Source: the human T2T-CHM13v2.0 reference genome, Homo sapiens. Taken from it: a DNA stretch of 64,000 nt. Location: assembly GCF_009914755.1 (NCBI RefSeq), contig NC_060929.1; one strand, 5' to 3'. This document shows positions 28,691-45,412 of the stretch, in pieces (position 1 is the stretch's first letter; each line of letters starts with the position of its first letter). The position numbers and the translations under genes are program-made. Under the pieces are notes generated by a model. That model was given only the letters and a program-made list of their open reading frames with translations. It was not told the DNA's origin and did not search any database.

Positions 28691-28849
28691 TCTCCCCAGA
28701 CCTGTCCTAAGTGGTTGAAGAAGGAAGAGCATTCATGATGCTACACAAAACATCTTAACATAATTTACCCTGCACTTGGGCTCCAGTTAAGAAAAACAGA
28801 AAAGGTAAAGCTGTATTTTAAATTCATCTATTCCAGAAGAAATATTTCA

Positions 28850-29886
28850 GGGGCGGAGGAGCCAAGATGGCCCAATAGGAAGAGCTCCATTCTACAGCTC
28901 CCAGCCTGAGCAACAGAGAAGACAGGTGATTTCTACATTTCCATCTGAGGTACTGGGTTCATCTCACTAGAGAGTGCCAGACAGTGGGCACAGGACAGTG
29001 GGTGCAGCGCACCATGCGCCAGCCGAAGCAGGGCGAGGCATTGCCACACTCAGGAAGTGCAAGGGATCAGGGAGTTCCCTTTCCTGGTCAAGGAAAGGGG
29101 TGACAGACGGCACCTGGAAAATTGGGCCACTCCCAACCTAATACTGCACTTTTACGATGGGCTTAGGAAACTGCGCACCAGGAGATTATATCCCGCACCT
29201 GACTCGGAGGGTCATACGCCCATGGAGTCTCGCTTATTGCTAGCACAGCACTCTGAGATCAAACAGCAAGGCAGCAGCGAGGCTGGGGGAGGGCACCCGC
29301 CATTGCCCAGGCTCGCTTAGGTAAACAAAGCAGCCTGGAAGCTCAAACTGGGTGGAGCCCACCACAGCTCAAGGAGGCCTGCCTGCCTCTGCAGGCGCCA
29401 CCTCTGGGGGCAGGGCACAGACAAACAAAAAGACAGCAGTAACCTCTGCAGACTTAAATGTCCCTGTCTGACAGCTTTGAGGAGAGCAGTGGTTCTCCCA
29501 GCATGCAGCTGGAGATCTGAGAAAGGGCAGACTGCCTCCTCAAGTGGGTCCCTGACCCCTGACCCCCGAGCAGCCTAGCTGGGAGGCACCCCCCAGTAGG
29601 GGTAGACTGACACCTCACACAGCAGGGTACTGCTCTGAGACAAAACTTCCAGAGGAACGATCAGACAGCAGCATTCGTGGATCGTGAAAATCCATGGTTC
29701 TGCAGACACTGCTGCTGATACCCAGGAAAACAGGGTCTGGAGTGGACCTCTAGCAAACTCCAACAGACCTGCAGCTGAGGGTCCTGTCTGTTAGAAGGAA
29801 AACTAACAAACAGAAAGGACATCCACACCAAAAACCCATCTGTACATCACCATCATCAAAGACCAAAAGTAGATAAAACCACAAAG
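28850..29886 (+). promoter_or_regulatory. L1 5' UTR internal sense/antisense promoter
   Basis: YY1-site core CAAGATGGCC at 28863-28872; full-length UTR with extensive CpG decay. Confidence 0.75.
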
Positions 29887-30904
29887 ATGGGGAAAAAACA
29901 GAGCAGAAAAACTGGAAACTCTAAGAAGCAGAGCGCCTCTCCTCCTCCAAAGGAACGCAGTTCCTCACCAGCAACAGAACAAAGCTGGACGGAGAATGAC
30001 TTTGACGAGTTGAGAGAAGAAGGCTTCAGATGATCAAAATACTCCGAGCTACAAGAGGAAATTCAAACCAAAGGCAAAGAAGTTGAAAACATTGAAAAAA
30101 ATTTAGATGAATGTATAACTAGAATAACCAATACAGGGAAGTGCTTAAAGGAGCTGCTGGAGCTGAAAGCCAAGGCTAGAGAACTACATGAAGAATGCAG
30201 AAGCCTCAGGAGCCGATGCGATCAACTGGAAGAAAGGGTATCAGTGATGGAAGATGAAATGAATGAAATGAAGCGAGAAGGGAAGTTTAGAGAAAAAAGA
30301 ATAAAAAGAAAATGAGCAAAGCCTCCAAGAAATATGGGACTATGTGAAAAGACCAAATCTGCATCTGATTGGTGTACCAGAAAGTGACGGGGAGAATGGA
30401 ACCAAGTTGGAAAACACTCTGCAGGATATAGTCCAGGAGAACTTCCCCAATCTAGCAAGGCAGGCCAACATTCAGATTCAGGAAATACAGAGAACGCCAC
30501 AAAGATACTCCTCGAGAAGAGCAACTCCAAGACACATAATTGTCAGATTCACCAAAGTTGAAATGAAGGAAAAAATGTGAAGGGCAGCCAGAGAGAAAGG
30601 TCGGGTTACCCACAAAGGGAAGCCCATCAGACTAACAGCGGATCTCTCGGCAGAAAGTCTACAAGCCAGAAGAGAGTGGGGGCCAATATTCAACATTCTT
30701 AAAGAAAAGAATTTTCAACCCAGAATTTCATGTCCAGCCAAACTAAGCTTCATAAGTGAAGGAGAAATAAAATACTTTATGGACAAGCAAATGCTGAGAG
30801 ATTTTGTCACCACCAGGCCTGCCCTAAAAGAGCTCCTGAAGGAAGCACTAAACATGGAAAGGAACAACCGGTACCATCCACTGCAAAAACATGCCAAATT
30901 TTAA
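29887..30904 (+). pseudogene. L1 ORF1p (RNA chaperone), disrupted
   Basis: ATGGGGAAAAAACAG start (MGKKQ); in-frame TGA at 30031-30033 (codon 49); 1018-nt span implies a +1 frameshift; ORF-track piece KRPNLHLIGVPE...RHIIVRFTK. Confidence 0.93.
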
Positions 30905-30967
30905 AGACCATCAAGGCTATGAAGAAACTGCATCAACTAATGAGCAAAATAACCAGCTAACATCATA

Positions 30968-34779
<3,812 letters not shown>

Positions 34780-35104
34780 ACAATGAGAACACATGGACAC
34801 AGGAAGGGGAACATCACACCCCGGGGACTGCTGTGGGGTGGGGGTAGGGGGGAGGGATAGCATTAGGAGATATACCTAATGCTAAATGACGAGTTAATGG
34901 TTGCAGCACACCAGCATGGCACATGTATACATATGCAACTGACCTGCACATTGTGCACATGTACCCTAAAACTTAAAGTATAATAATAATTAAAAAATAA
35001 ATAAATAAATAAATAAATTTATCTACTCCATAGAAATGCAACTAACTTGATTCTCATAGTGGAAAAACAGAGGTAGTGAACTAATCTATACCATCCAGTT
35101 GATC

Positions 35105-35275
35105 ACAGAATGCAAAAGTTTCAATGGTCCTTATATATCATTTACTTTAATCTCTTCATTTTTCAGATGCTAAAAGTGAAACCTGTAGGGGTGATATAAG
35201 ATGTCCAAAGTCACGCAGTAAGTGAGTTGCAGAACTACAGCTTCAAATAATAGTTCTAAAGACAGTCTCTTAATT
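35105..35275 (-). mobile_element. MIR
   Basis: CATTTTTCAGATGCTAAAAGTGAAACCTG...GTCCAAAGTCACGCAGTAAGTGAGTTGCAGAACTA. Confidence 0.65.
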
Positions 35276-36454
35276 CATCATTATTTATTGATTATCTATG
35301 TGCCTTACACTGTCACAGAGAATATAGCTTTAAGTATATGTAATTTAGTACTGTATTTTAAATGCCATCTTATTAATTGCACTCATGCTGTGCAAGTGAA
35401 AAATAATACAAGAATAAGGTAAAACCCCAGTGTGTGAAGTAACCTTTTTATTTTCTCAAAGTATAAACAAGAGCTGCCAACAAAGGAGTAAAAATAACAG
35501 AAACTAAAGGCAACAAATAACACCCACTAAATTATTGATAGGTTAAATAAGAGCCCAGAGATTAAAACAGCCCATGCTTTTGCTCCTTAGTGCACCTGCC
35601 TGTTTTGCAGGCAGAGGGAAGAAATAATAATATCTACTATAGTGTAAGAATGCAACAATGACCATTTCTGGCCCAAGTAAACATGTATAAAATTTGGAAT
35701 TTAAAATATAGAATGTTTAGATTCAACATGTCTTATTGATATTTAAAGATTTAAAAGGGTCATCCATGAATCCACAGGAGTATTAAAGAATCATTCCATC
35801 TAGCCTTGATTCTGAAATATTCTATATATTTTGAGAGATAATCCATACAGTTCTTTTCTGTAGAAGCCCTTCTTTTTGGATACTCCATCTGTCAAGTCAT
35901 CTCAGTAGAAATGTATTCAACAAATGTTGGTTGCCTACCACATCAAGAACTGCTGGGTGCTGCTGGAGAAATAAGGTTGGGATAGCCTCCAGCCCTGAGG
36001 ATTAGATAATCTAGTTACGAGAGATGAAGGAGTATAGAAACGCTCAGCTATGATTCAAGTCACCTGGAATCCTTTCTAGAACTAAATGGGCTGTAATTTT
36101 TTTCCTCCATAAGTCAATGTAACTTCATATTTTTAACTATGTAAGCTAAATAGAAGGTAAAATAAAAGTACAAATAAAGTATTATCATATTATCCAAAAC
36201 AATGTCCAATAGACATCACAGTATTTGTTTTCTGTCCCTATGTCTGTCTTTTACATCATTTTGTTGTCAGCCAGTCCTAAATGTATCTAGAAAACAACAT
36301 TCTAGGGAATAGAAACCACTTGGTTTTAAAGCACATCAGGAAGAAAATGGCATTTTCATATAATTAAATGTTGAATTTTACTTAATGAAGCATAATTTCT
36401 TTGAGCAGTTAAATACTCAGGGATTTTAATTTTGTGGTTAGACTAAGTTTTTAC

Positions 36455-36655
36455 ATCAGAGGGTGAAGTGTAAGGTAGTCAGACTTTAAGCCAGACCCAA
36501 GTTGAAGTCCAGTTCTTCTATTACATGTCTGACTTGAGCAAATCTCTTAACTTATTAACTTCTTGGAGATTTAGTTTCCTTATCCAGATAGTAAGACCCT
36601 TTGTAGGGGTTGCAAGGACAAGTAAATAGAAGGTATTAAATAAATAGCACCTATT
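36455..36655 (+). mobile_element. MIR
   Basis: AGACTTTAAGCCAGACCC..TGACTTGAGCAAATCTCTTAAC..TTAGTTTCCTTATCC. Confidence 0.65.
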
Positions 36656-38853
36656 CCATTGAATTTACTTCCACAAAACTCTAAAGGCAATACCAGGTAG
36701 AAAAAAGTTTCTTTTGTAGAAAGAAAAGAATGAATTTTAAATGTCTTTCCATCTTCACACCACCAACCCCAACCAGAGTAAATGAATGATAGTAAAACCT
36801 GAGGATGAAAACTCCCACCAGGCCCATAGTCTCTGCATTCTCTGAGACTTCTGAAGCTATGTGCTATTTCTGTCAATACCACCATCATTATGAAATGGCT
36901 CCCTCCCCTTCCTCCTCCACTCTTCTACCAACTGGGTTTATCTTTTTCCTTTCTCCTCCTTTCCTATCTTCCTTTAGGCTTTCCAATAGCACATAACTGG
37001 GACCCGGGAACATTTTCTCAGTTACTCACTTGGGAATAAAACATTTATTGGCCTTAGCAGAAATCTCAAGACTCTGCTTTCTAAGGCTATGGTAAATACC
37101 CCTGAACATTCAGTTGGTCAGTCGTTGGAGCAGGACTGTCATTTATCCTTATTTTTTTCTGAGTCCCTCTGGCCTTTGGTTACTTTGAGGAAGCTGATGC
37201 ATTCATCCACCAGCCAACCCTGCAGCTTTGCTGAAAGTGTTCTAATGAGACAGAGGGTACTAGGTCAATTACATGGGTTGCATCTTTCTCATTTCTGTAG
37301 TCACAGTTTTCCTTTAAAAAAAAAAAAAAAGAAATGAAAATAAAAGAGAAAAAAATCCAAAATAGAGTCCTATTGAATTTAGCTCCCCAGGATTCATGAG
37401 TTGTTCAGAGGTGGCTTGTAGTCCAGCCTTCATATTTCAGAACTGTAGGGAGATGAGCTCAATTCCTGATCTCTCACATGGCATGTGCCTCAATACTTTG
37501 GCACAGACCCCCATGATCCGCTTGAAGCGGGAAGCATTAGTCTTTAATTTGTCTTTAAACTTTTATCTTTAATTTGCCCTTTCATGACACTTTAATGTGA
37601 TCCTTGTGTTTTTATATGAATTAAAATTTATAAATATAAAGCCTCACTCATGAGGCCCTTTATTTTCCTATCAGCTGGAAGAGAGGATCTGAGTAATTCA
37701 GCAAGGCGAGGTTTGTTTAGCTGAAATGAAAAGGGAAATGGTCAAAGATGAAATTGTTTAATTCTTTCTCACCAACTAACTGCAGAATTATAGATGTCTC
37801 TTGAATGCAATAAGTTAATTTCAGTCATTCTGCTTATTTGTATACACGTTGCCAAAGTAAAAGCCTAATCCAAAAATTAATGATTTGAGAATCCATTGGG
37901 TATTCTTCTGGGCCTAGTCCAATTATTTTTTTTTTTATGTGAACACCAAAACTCTCCTACAGTATGATATGTAGCCAACTGAGTGATTGACTAGTAGCTA
38001 ATGCATATCAAGGAACAGTTAAACTTGCAGCTTTAAGCTAAGGCAAAGTTCAGCTACTTAACTTCAGTCATCTTTAAATGTAATTAAGTCTCCTGGGCTC
38101 CAGTTATGTGGAACCAGAAACTAGAAAGGCTGGGTTTTTCAATGGAAATAACAACTGGTTATAATCCACCAGCAAAAGTAATGAAAATATTCAAGGGAAG
38201 AAATTTTTGTTAAAAAGAATCAGATGTCATGTTATTGACTGTTTAAAAAGTACAACAAACTGTTTCATAATATGCCAAATAGTACCCACTATGTAAATTA
38301 ATAAAAGCACCACAGATTAGTTTGGGGGGAATCTGATTAGGATAGGAGTTGAAAATAATGTGCACTTCGCTAACAGATGTACTCTTCATCATAGCATCCT
38401 TTATATCCATATCCATTCTGCTTGATAGGAGGAGACACCCACTGTTCTTAAAGCTCAGCGTGCCACCAGGCAAACTCTATTGGAGCATTGCTGCAACACA
38501 AAGTCCTAAAATTCCTGCTGTAGAACTGGAAGAAGCAGGTTGTGACAGCTTTTCATTTGCCCCCTGCTTAATTCTCTTAGGATAATACTTATAATTACTT
38601 TATGTAGGGAAGTCCTTTTGGCCCCATAGTAATTTTTATCATGCCAACATCTAGCACCATCGGTCCACCCTTCTCCCATTTGCTCAGGTCAGACAATAGA
38701 AGACTGAAAGTGTCTGGCCTGCAAATTGTCCTCTTAGTAACAAAATTCTATATGTATGTAAGTAGAAATTTTGTATCTATTGGTTTTTCAACAAAATTAC
38801 TTCAATTTTACAAAATTCCTGCATACAGAGAAGGAAGTTCTTGCTTGCATTAC

Positions 38854-39209
38854 TGACATGGTTTGGCTGTGTCCCCACCCAAATCTCGTCTTGAATTGCA
38901 GCTCCCATAATTCCCACAGAGGAGGGACCTGGTGGGAGATAATTGAATCGTGGCAGCAGTTTCCACCACACTGTTCTCGTAGTAGTGAATAAGTCTCATG
39001 AGATCTGGTGGTTTTATAAGGGGTTGCCTTTTTGCTTGACTCTCATTCTCTCTTGTCTGCCACCATGTTAAGACATGCCTTTTCCTTCCACCATGATTGT
39101 GAGGCCTTCCCGGCCATGTGGAACTGTGAGTCCATTACACCTCCTTTTTTTTGTAAATTACCCAGTCTCAGGTATGTCTTTATCAGCAGTATGAAAGCAG
39201 AGTAACACA
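38854..39209 (+). mobile_element. THE1B MaLR solo LTR
   Basis: TGACATGGTTTGGCTGTGTCCCCACCCAAATCTC...GGTATGTCTTTATCAGCAG; perfect TSD ATTAC. Confidence 0.92.
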
Positions 39210-40059
39210 ATTACCAAGTGATTAAGGAAATATTGACAAGTTTGGATATCATTATGACCATGATACAATTTTAGAGTTTAGAAACATGACGCTCTAATGT
39301 TGATGAAGTAAAGCTTTATTAAGGCTCTTGCTTGGTTTTCTTGGAAAGACATTCTACTTGCTATTTCTTGATTTTCCATCCATAACATGATGTAAGTTAT
39401 GAGTTTTGAGTCTTTAGAAAGAAGGGGTCAAAATGGTGTAGGAGAATGGTGATGAGTAGGAAATCTCAGAGGTAAGGGAGGCTGAGGAAACCAAAACCAC
39501 TTCGAAGTTAGACACACTTAAAAAGGCTTTGAATTCCACGGACTATGAAATGTGGAAGGCTCAAGCAGCATGGGGCCTTCCACTGACATCTGAGTCACAC
39601 TGATTGACATACCATTGGCACACTGCTACTGCTGTCTTTGGGAGACTTAAGGAAAAATGGCAATTTTGCACTTTGACTAGTTAGAAAAGGAGATCAGCAC
39701 ATTCCTGGTGGCTTGGAGTAGTGGGAAGCAGTGGTACTGTTTTGGTCTGCTACAGAGCTCATGTGCTGCCCTGGAGCAATGCCAACCCCTTCATCTGAGT
39801 CAGACTTAAAGTTATTCAGCAAATATATTCCTTCTAGAATTCAGCTTCTCTTCACATGTGTATGATTCTTTCTTTAATAAGGTAGGGCTAAATACCAGAT
39901 GGATTTCCTATTATACCTTAGCTGCCAGGATGCTTAAAAAGCTCAATTACTATCATCACTCTGGGTGTCATCAGCATCTATGCTGAGGCTTGTTCAACAT
40001 CTCTTGCCTTCCTTAGTTGTAACAGTTTTCAAATTTGCTGCACTTCAGCACTGAGTACC

Positions 40060-41185
40060 CAGACTGGTGATCCATAAAAGGCTCTACTCCACTATATACT
40101 ATTGCATCAAGGTAGGCATTGCCCTCAGCTGGAACCGAATGACCTATGAAAGTGTAAACTCTGGCATATCAACATCTTTCTATAACCTCTCATCCCTCCA
40201 TCTCTCTTACTCTCTAGCTCCCAAAGCACTTGGTCTTAGGTATCTGGAACCTCATTTTTCTTCCCAGAGAGTCACCTCCTCATTGTTTTCCTTCCTTCCT
40301 TTCCACCGTAATGAATCACACTATAATCTGACTTGCCAGGACCCTGAACATTCTTGCCCCATTTTTTCCTCTACACCTACTCTGAAAACTTTTACTTTTA
40401 TATCAGGTTTTAGGCCAGCCCAATGGTGTGTACTATCATCCCTGTCCCCCTGAAAGTCAATCACTGCCAAAGAAAATGCACATAAATCAAATTGACTAGT
40501 AGTGTCAATGCAAATTTGGGGACTTCAACCTTGACTTGGCTTTGGCATTCAGCACTTCTTGATGTTCTTTGTGCACATGGTCAGCTCTCTTTCTCCTTTT
40601 TCCAAAGCAGCTATTTCAAACCTTCATTATTTTCTTCTTTATGCACCACCTTATCTGTTCTTTTCCCAGACAAGTATGACGCTTTAAAACTCAATTTATG
40701 CTCTTCATATTGCCTTCTTTAATTCTCAATCATATTTCAACTCCCCCGTGCTTTAGTACTCTTTGAAATTGCTCTAGATAAAATTTTTAATGTGTTCTTT
40801 GCTGCTAAAATGAATGAATATTTTCAAATCCTCATCTTACTGCATTTTTGTACTCTTCCTTATGAAGCTGTCCTACCCCTGACTCTTCAGTTATTTTTTT
40901 CTTTTTATTATTATTATTATTATACTTTAAGTTTTAGGGTATCAGCTATTTTTTTTTTCTATCTAACTGCATCTTCTTAGCCTCCCTTTAGAACTGCTCC
41001 TCCTTTGCCTTCCCTTTAGCTATTGTTATTCCCTGGGCATGGTTGTCTTTTCTTCCCTTGCTCATATGCCAAAAACATACTAACCCTACATCAGTAAGTA
41101 CCAAGTCTGTACAACAAATCTACCCTTCTTCTCTAGGCTCCAGACCCATACATCTCACAATCCACTGGAGATCCAGGATGGTCTC
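40060..41185 (+). mobile_element. L2 internal fragment
   Basis: CT-rich degenerate L2 ORF2 (GCTAAAATGAATGAATATTTTCAAATCCTCATCTTACT, CTCCAGACCCATACATCTC). Confidence 0.6.
40902..40941 (-). mobile_element. Extremely 5'-truncated young L1PA insertion
   Basis: Reverse complement is TACCCTAAAACTTAAAGTATAATAATAATAATAATAAAAA, flanked by TCAGTTATTTTTTTC / TCAGCTATTTTTTTTTTC. Confidence 0.8.
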
Positions 41186-42969
41186 TCTTGCTAACAAGAG
41201 TAGTTAGTTCAGCCTTGAGAGCTCATGCCGTTGGGCTCTTACATAGCTTTCATCATTACCAACATGGCCACTCCATTCACGTGTCCATTATGACAGCATT
41301 GGGGTGGCTCATAACAGAATCTGGCTGATACCTACTGCCAAGTCATTTTGATTACCTGATAGTTTAGTGCCTCTTCAGTGAGAGATGCTTCCTGCTAGAC
41401 ACTAACATGCGATACTTTATATCTACTTCTATATGTCCACTTGTCTCCAGCTTAAAACTTTCTTATTTCCAGGCTCCTGAGGACTGAACCAAACCATCTC
41501 GCACTGTAAGTATGTCCATGTGTATGGCATATATTCTAACCTCAGGCTACTTGTCTTTCCACTCAAATTAGATAACCAGGTCTACTGCTAGAAGCTCTGT
41601 CCATTATAAAAATTTCTCTTTTGAGGCTGTAGTGTAGTCACCACCTGTGTTTGACTTATACTCACATTCCTAATCTGACCAAGCTTAAGCTTTTTATTTT
41701 CCTTTATTTCCTGGTCACAAGGGATTCCCCTATAGGTATAAATGGAGGTAGGCACAGGAGCAACAACAGTAGATGACATGGGGATCTGGGCTACTTGCTC
41801 ACGATGCTCGCATTTCTCTTATTGGCCCTACTTGTCCTTTATCTGGGAGGCACCACTCATACTAATATTGTGGAGACACCACAATATTAAGATTGGTGTT
41901 GGGCCTACTTGACTTGAGGGTTTGATGGGTTTGACAATACTCATGAGAGTAGATCTGGTGACATGGTCTGGTGATTTGTCTCTACCAGGGCCCCATTGCA
42001 CACCTGAAGCTGTCTGTGAAAGGTATATAATTTCACACTGCAGATGGCATGGCTTTGCTCCAGAACCCAACAGATCTACATGATGATTACCCCATTCAAG
42101 ATTGCCATAAAATCCAGAGAGTGTATTTTCCCACCAGCTATATTTCTAATAACATAATGTCTTACAGATCATATGATCATAGCAGTAGATCTGCTTATTT
42201 TGCAACTGGGAACTGATGAAGAGCCTTTTCCTGTTCTGGACCCCGTCTTAAATCTAGCAGTCTGTAGTTTCATTCAATGTGTTAGTTGAAGCTGTGTTAA
42301 TAAGAGTGGTGTTCTACCTTTAAAATGTGAAGAGGTGTACTAGACATTCCTTTTTGGAGGAGGGTGAAATAAGCAATTATGTGTCTATTAATTTTGTGTT
42401 TTTGAAGAGGATGTTCCAGCATGCCCCAGACTATTAGATATCTAAAATAGTGGTGTGTCTCTGAATTTTTATACGTTTTATCACCCTCCCTCCAGAGTGC
42501 ATGTATCTTATGAACATCTCTGATGTACTCCCACTTTGTGCTCATTTGGTACAATTAGCATGACATCACTGATGTGATGTTCTGCAGGACATCCAGTAAA
42601 CCCAGGTCTCTGGACCATGCAGAAGAGTTGATCTAGTCCTGAGACAAGACAAAAGATATAAATTGTGGCTTTTTCCAAATGAATTCAAACTTATTCTGAA
42701 CTTCTTTTCTGATAGGGATGAAAAATAATGCATTCACCAAATCAATGGCAAATTAACCTGTTCCTCAGTTTGTGTTAATCTGCTCTGGTAAAGATACTGT
42801 AACTGGCACAATAATTTCAATGGGGACTACTGTTTTGCAGGTTTCATAGTAGTCTACTCTTATCCTCCAGGATCTGTCTTATTTTTGGAGGATCAGACTC
42901 TTGAATTAAACAGGCTTATGATAGGAACCGTAAGCATTGCATCTTTTAAGCTTTTAGGGGTAGCATTGG

Positions 42970-43321
42970 TGCTATGGTTTGAGTGTGTTTCCCAGATTTT
43001 ATGTGTTGGAAACTTAATCCCCAAAAGGATGTGTTGAATGAAGGTTGGTCTTTAGAATTAGATAAGGTCATCTGGGTGGGCTCTCATGATAAGACTGGTG
43101 GCTTTATAAGAAGAAGAGAGATCTGAGCTGACATGCACACTCTTGACCTGTTACCATATAATACCCTCTGCCATGTTATGACATAGCTAGAAGCCCCTCA
43201 CCAGATGCTGGTTCCCTGATCTTGGACTTCATAGCCTCCAGAACCATGAGCTAAATAAACTTTTCCTTATAGATTACCCAGCATGGGATTCTGCTATAGC
43301 AACAGAAAGCAGACTAAGACA
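42970..43321 (+). mobile_element. MSTC-like MaLR solo LTR
   Basis: TGCTATGGTTTGAGTGTG...GTGTTGGAAACTTAATCCCC...CCCTCACCAGATGC...GACTAAGACA. Confidence 0.8.
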
Positions 43322-43391
43322 ACTGATTTCTGTGATAACCCCCATATTTTATATTGCTTTCGATTTACTCTTTTGGTTTGAGGGGCGATAG

Positions 43392-43865
<474 letters not shown>

Positions 43866-44971
43866 TAAGCCCACTGGGAGCCAGATCTCCCTTTATTACC
43901 TGTGGCCTACCTGCCCCTACTCTAGCCAGGTCCCATAAAGGCACTTCAAGTCACCAGATATCAATGTCAACTCAGACCCTGTATCCAAAACTTCTCAAAA
44001 TATCTTTGAATTTTCCTTTCCCAGAGTACCTTTACCTTAGTAAATGGCTGAGTTTGGGGGGAAGGACTATAGAATTATTGTTGCCTACATTTATTATGCT
44101 GTTGCAAATCCTTCCTTCTAGAAATTTGACCTTTTCTTCAGTCTGTGTATTCTGGGTCTAAGAACGGCTTCAGATCTGAAAATCAAGTAACTGTCCAATC
44201 TCTTGATTACCCATCCTTGATTCCTTTTGCCATTGGGAACACCATGCTTTTTAAACCATAGCTATAACTGTCTGCTGGTTAGTGCCTCTCCTCTTCTCTT
44301 CTTGCTACTCATTACAATCATTGCATCCACTTGTATTCTGTTGGTAAATGGTGCCACCTGCTCTACATTGTCCCAGGGTCTTGTTATTCACTTTATGTTG
44401 AGCCTGGTTCTCTGATGGTATCTCCTATGATTCTTCTGACCTACAGAGAGGCATCACCAACTGAGCTTCTGAGTGCTTGTTCCATTTACGTCTTTTGCTT
44501 AAATTAGTAGTGCATTCTCCACTCCTTCCTGTGGAATATAGTCTTCCAGTGGGCTTTCTGCCTTATAGTATATTTACTCCAACATGCCCACTTCTCTGAG
44601 CCTTTCAACATCTTCTTTCAATATCAGCAATGGTAATTTTGTCACTTAGAGTGAGCCATCACTTTTCCCATGCTTTCAGGGGCCATTCTAGTAACTAGTG
44701 TGTACCATTCCCAGGGTGTTAAACATTGTATCCTAAGAATGTAATCCCAAATTGATAACTTCTCTCTTTTCCAACCTTATTCTACTCTTCCCTTGATCAA
44801 CACCCTAAAAATTCAAACCAATGCATACTGTCCTTGTTCGTGCCACCATGCAGTGGCTAAATCCTGTAGCTCTTTTGGGATGTATCCCATTGTCAACAGA
44901 ACAATAGTGGGTCACCCAGCTCCAAAATTACATCCCAGCATCTGCTTTCTCAGAGTATTCCTGGCATCAAC

Positions 44972-45412
44972 TACTAAGGTTTGTTTTCTCTGTGGAGCAG
45001 ACTCTGATACCAAGATTAGCATATAGGATGTTATTAGGTAGTGCTCTTGAGATCAAGAGCAGGAAGGAAAGGGAAGGAGCAAGATCAGTCAGCGGAAGAA
45101 GTCGATTTGCAATACATTTCAACAGAAGCCTCAGGTGATCCTCTTGGTTATTCTGAATAGGGAATAATCCTTTAGATACATCCTAAATTGGGGAGAAGAA
45201 GCTAGGTAGGCCTTTACAACTCCCCTGCAGTGAATGGTGGCAACCCCAGAAAGGAGGTATGGCACTGGACTAGGCTGCTGTCTTCAGCTGAAAAAACCCT
45301 GAAGGAGGCTGACAGCTGAAGGCTGTTTTTAATAGTATACCCAGCATCCATGCTTAATAAATCCTTCATTCCTGAAGGGGAATCTGGGCGATGCATCACA
45401 GCTTCCACCACA
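44972..45412 (-). mobile_element. LTR16C (5' LTR of the ERVL element)
   Basis: Minus strand starts TGTGGTGGAAGCTGTGATGCATCGCCCAGATTCCCCTTCAGGAATGAAGGA...CAGCCTTCAGCTGTCAGCC. Confidence 0.82.

Noticed and set aside
34835-34856. G-quadruplex motif GGGGTGGGGGTAGGGGGGAGGG
   Set aside because: Standard feature of L1PA 3' UTRs; not specific to this locus.
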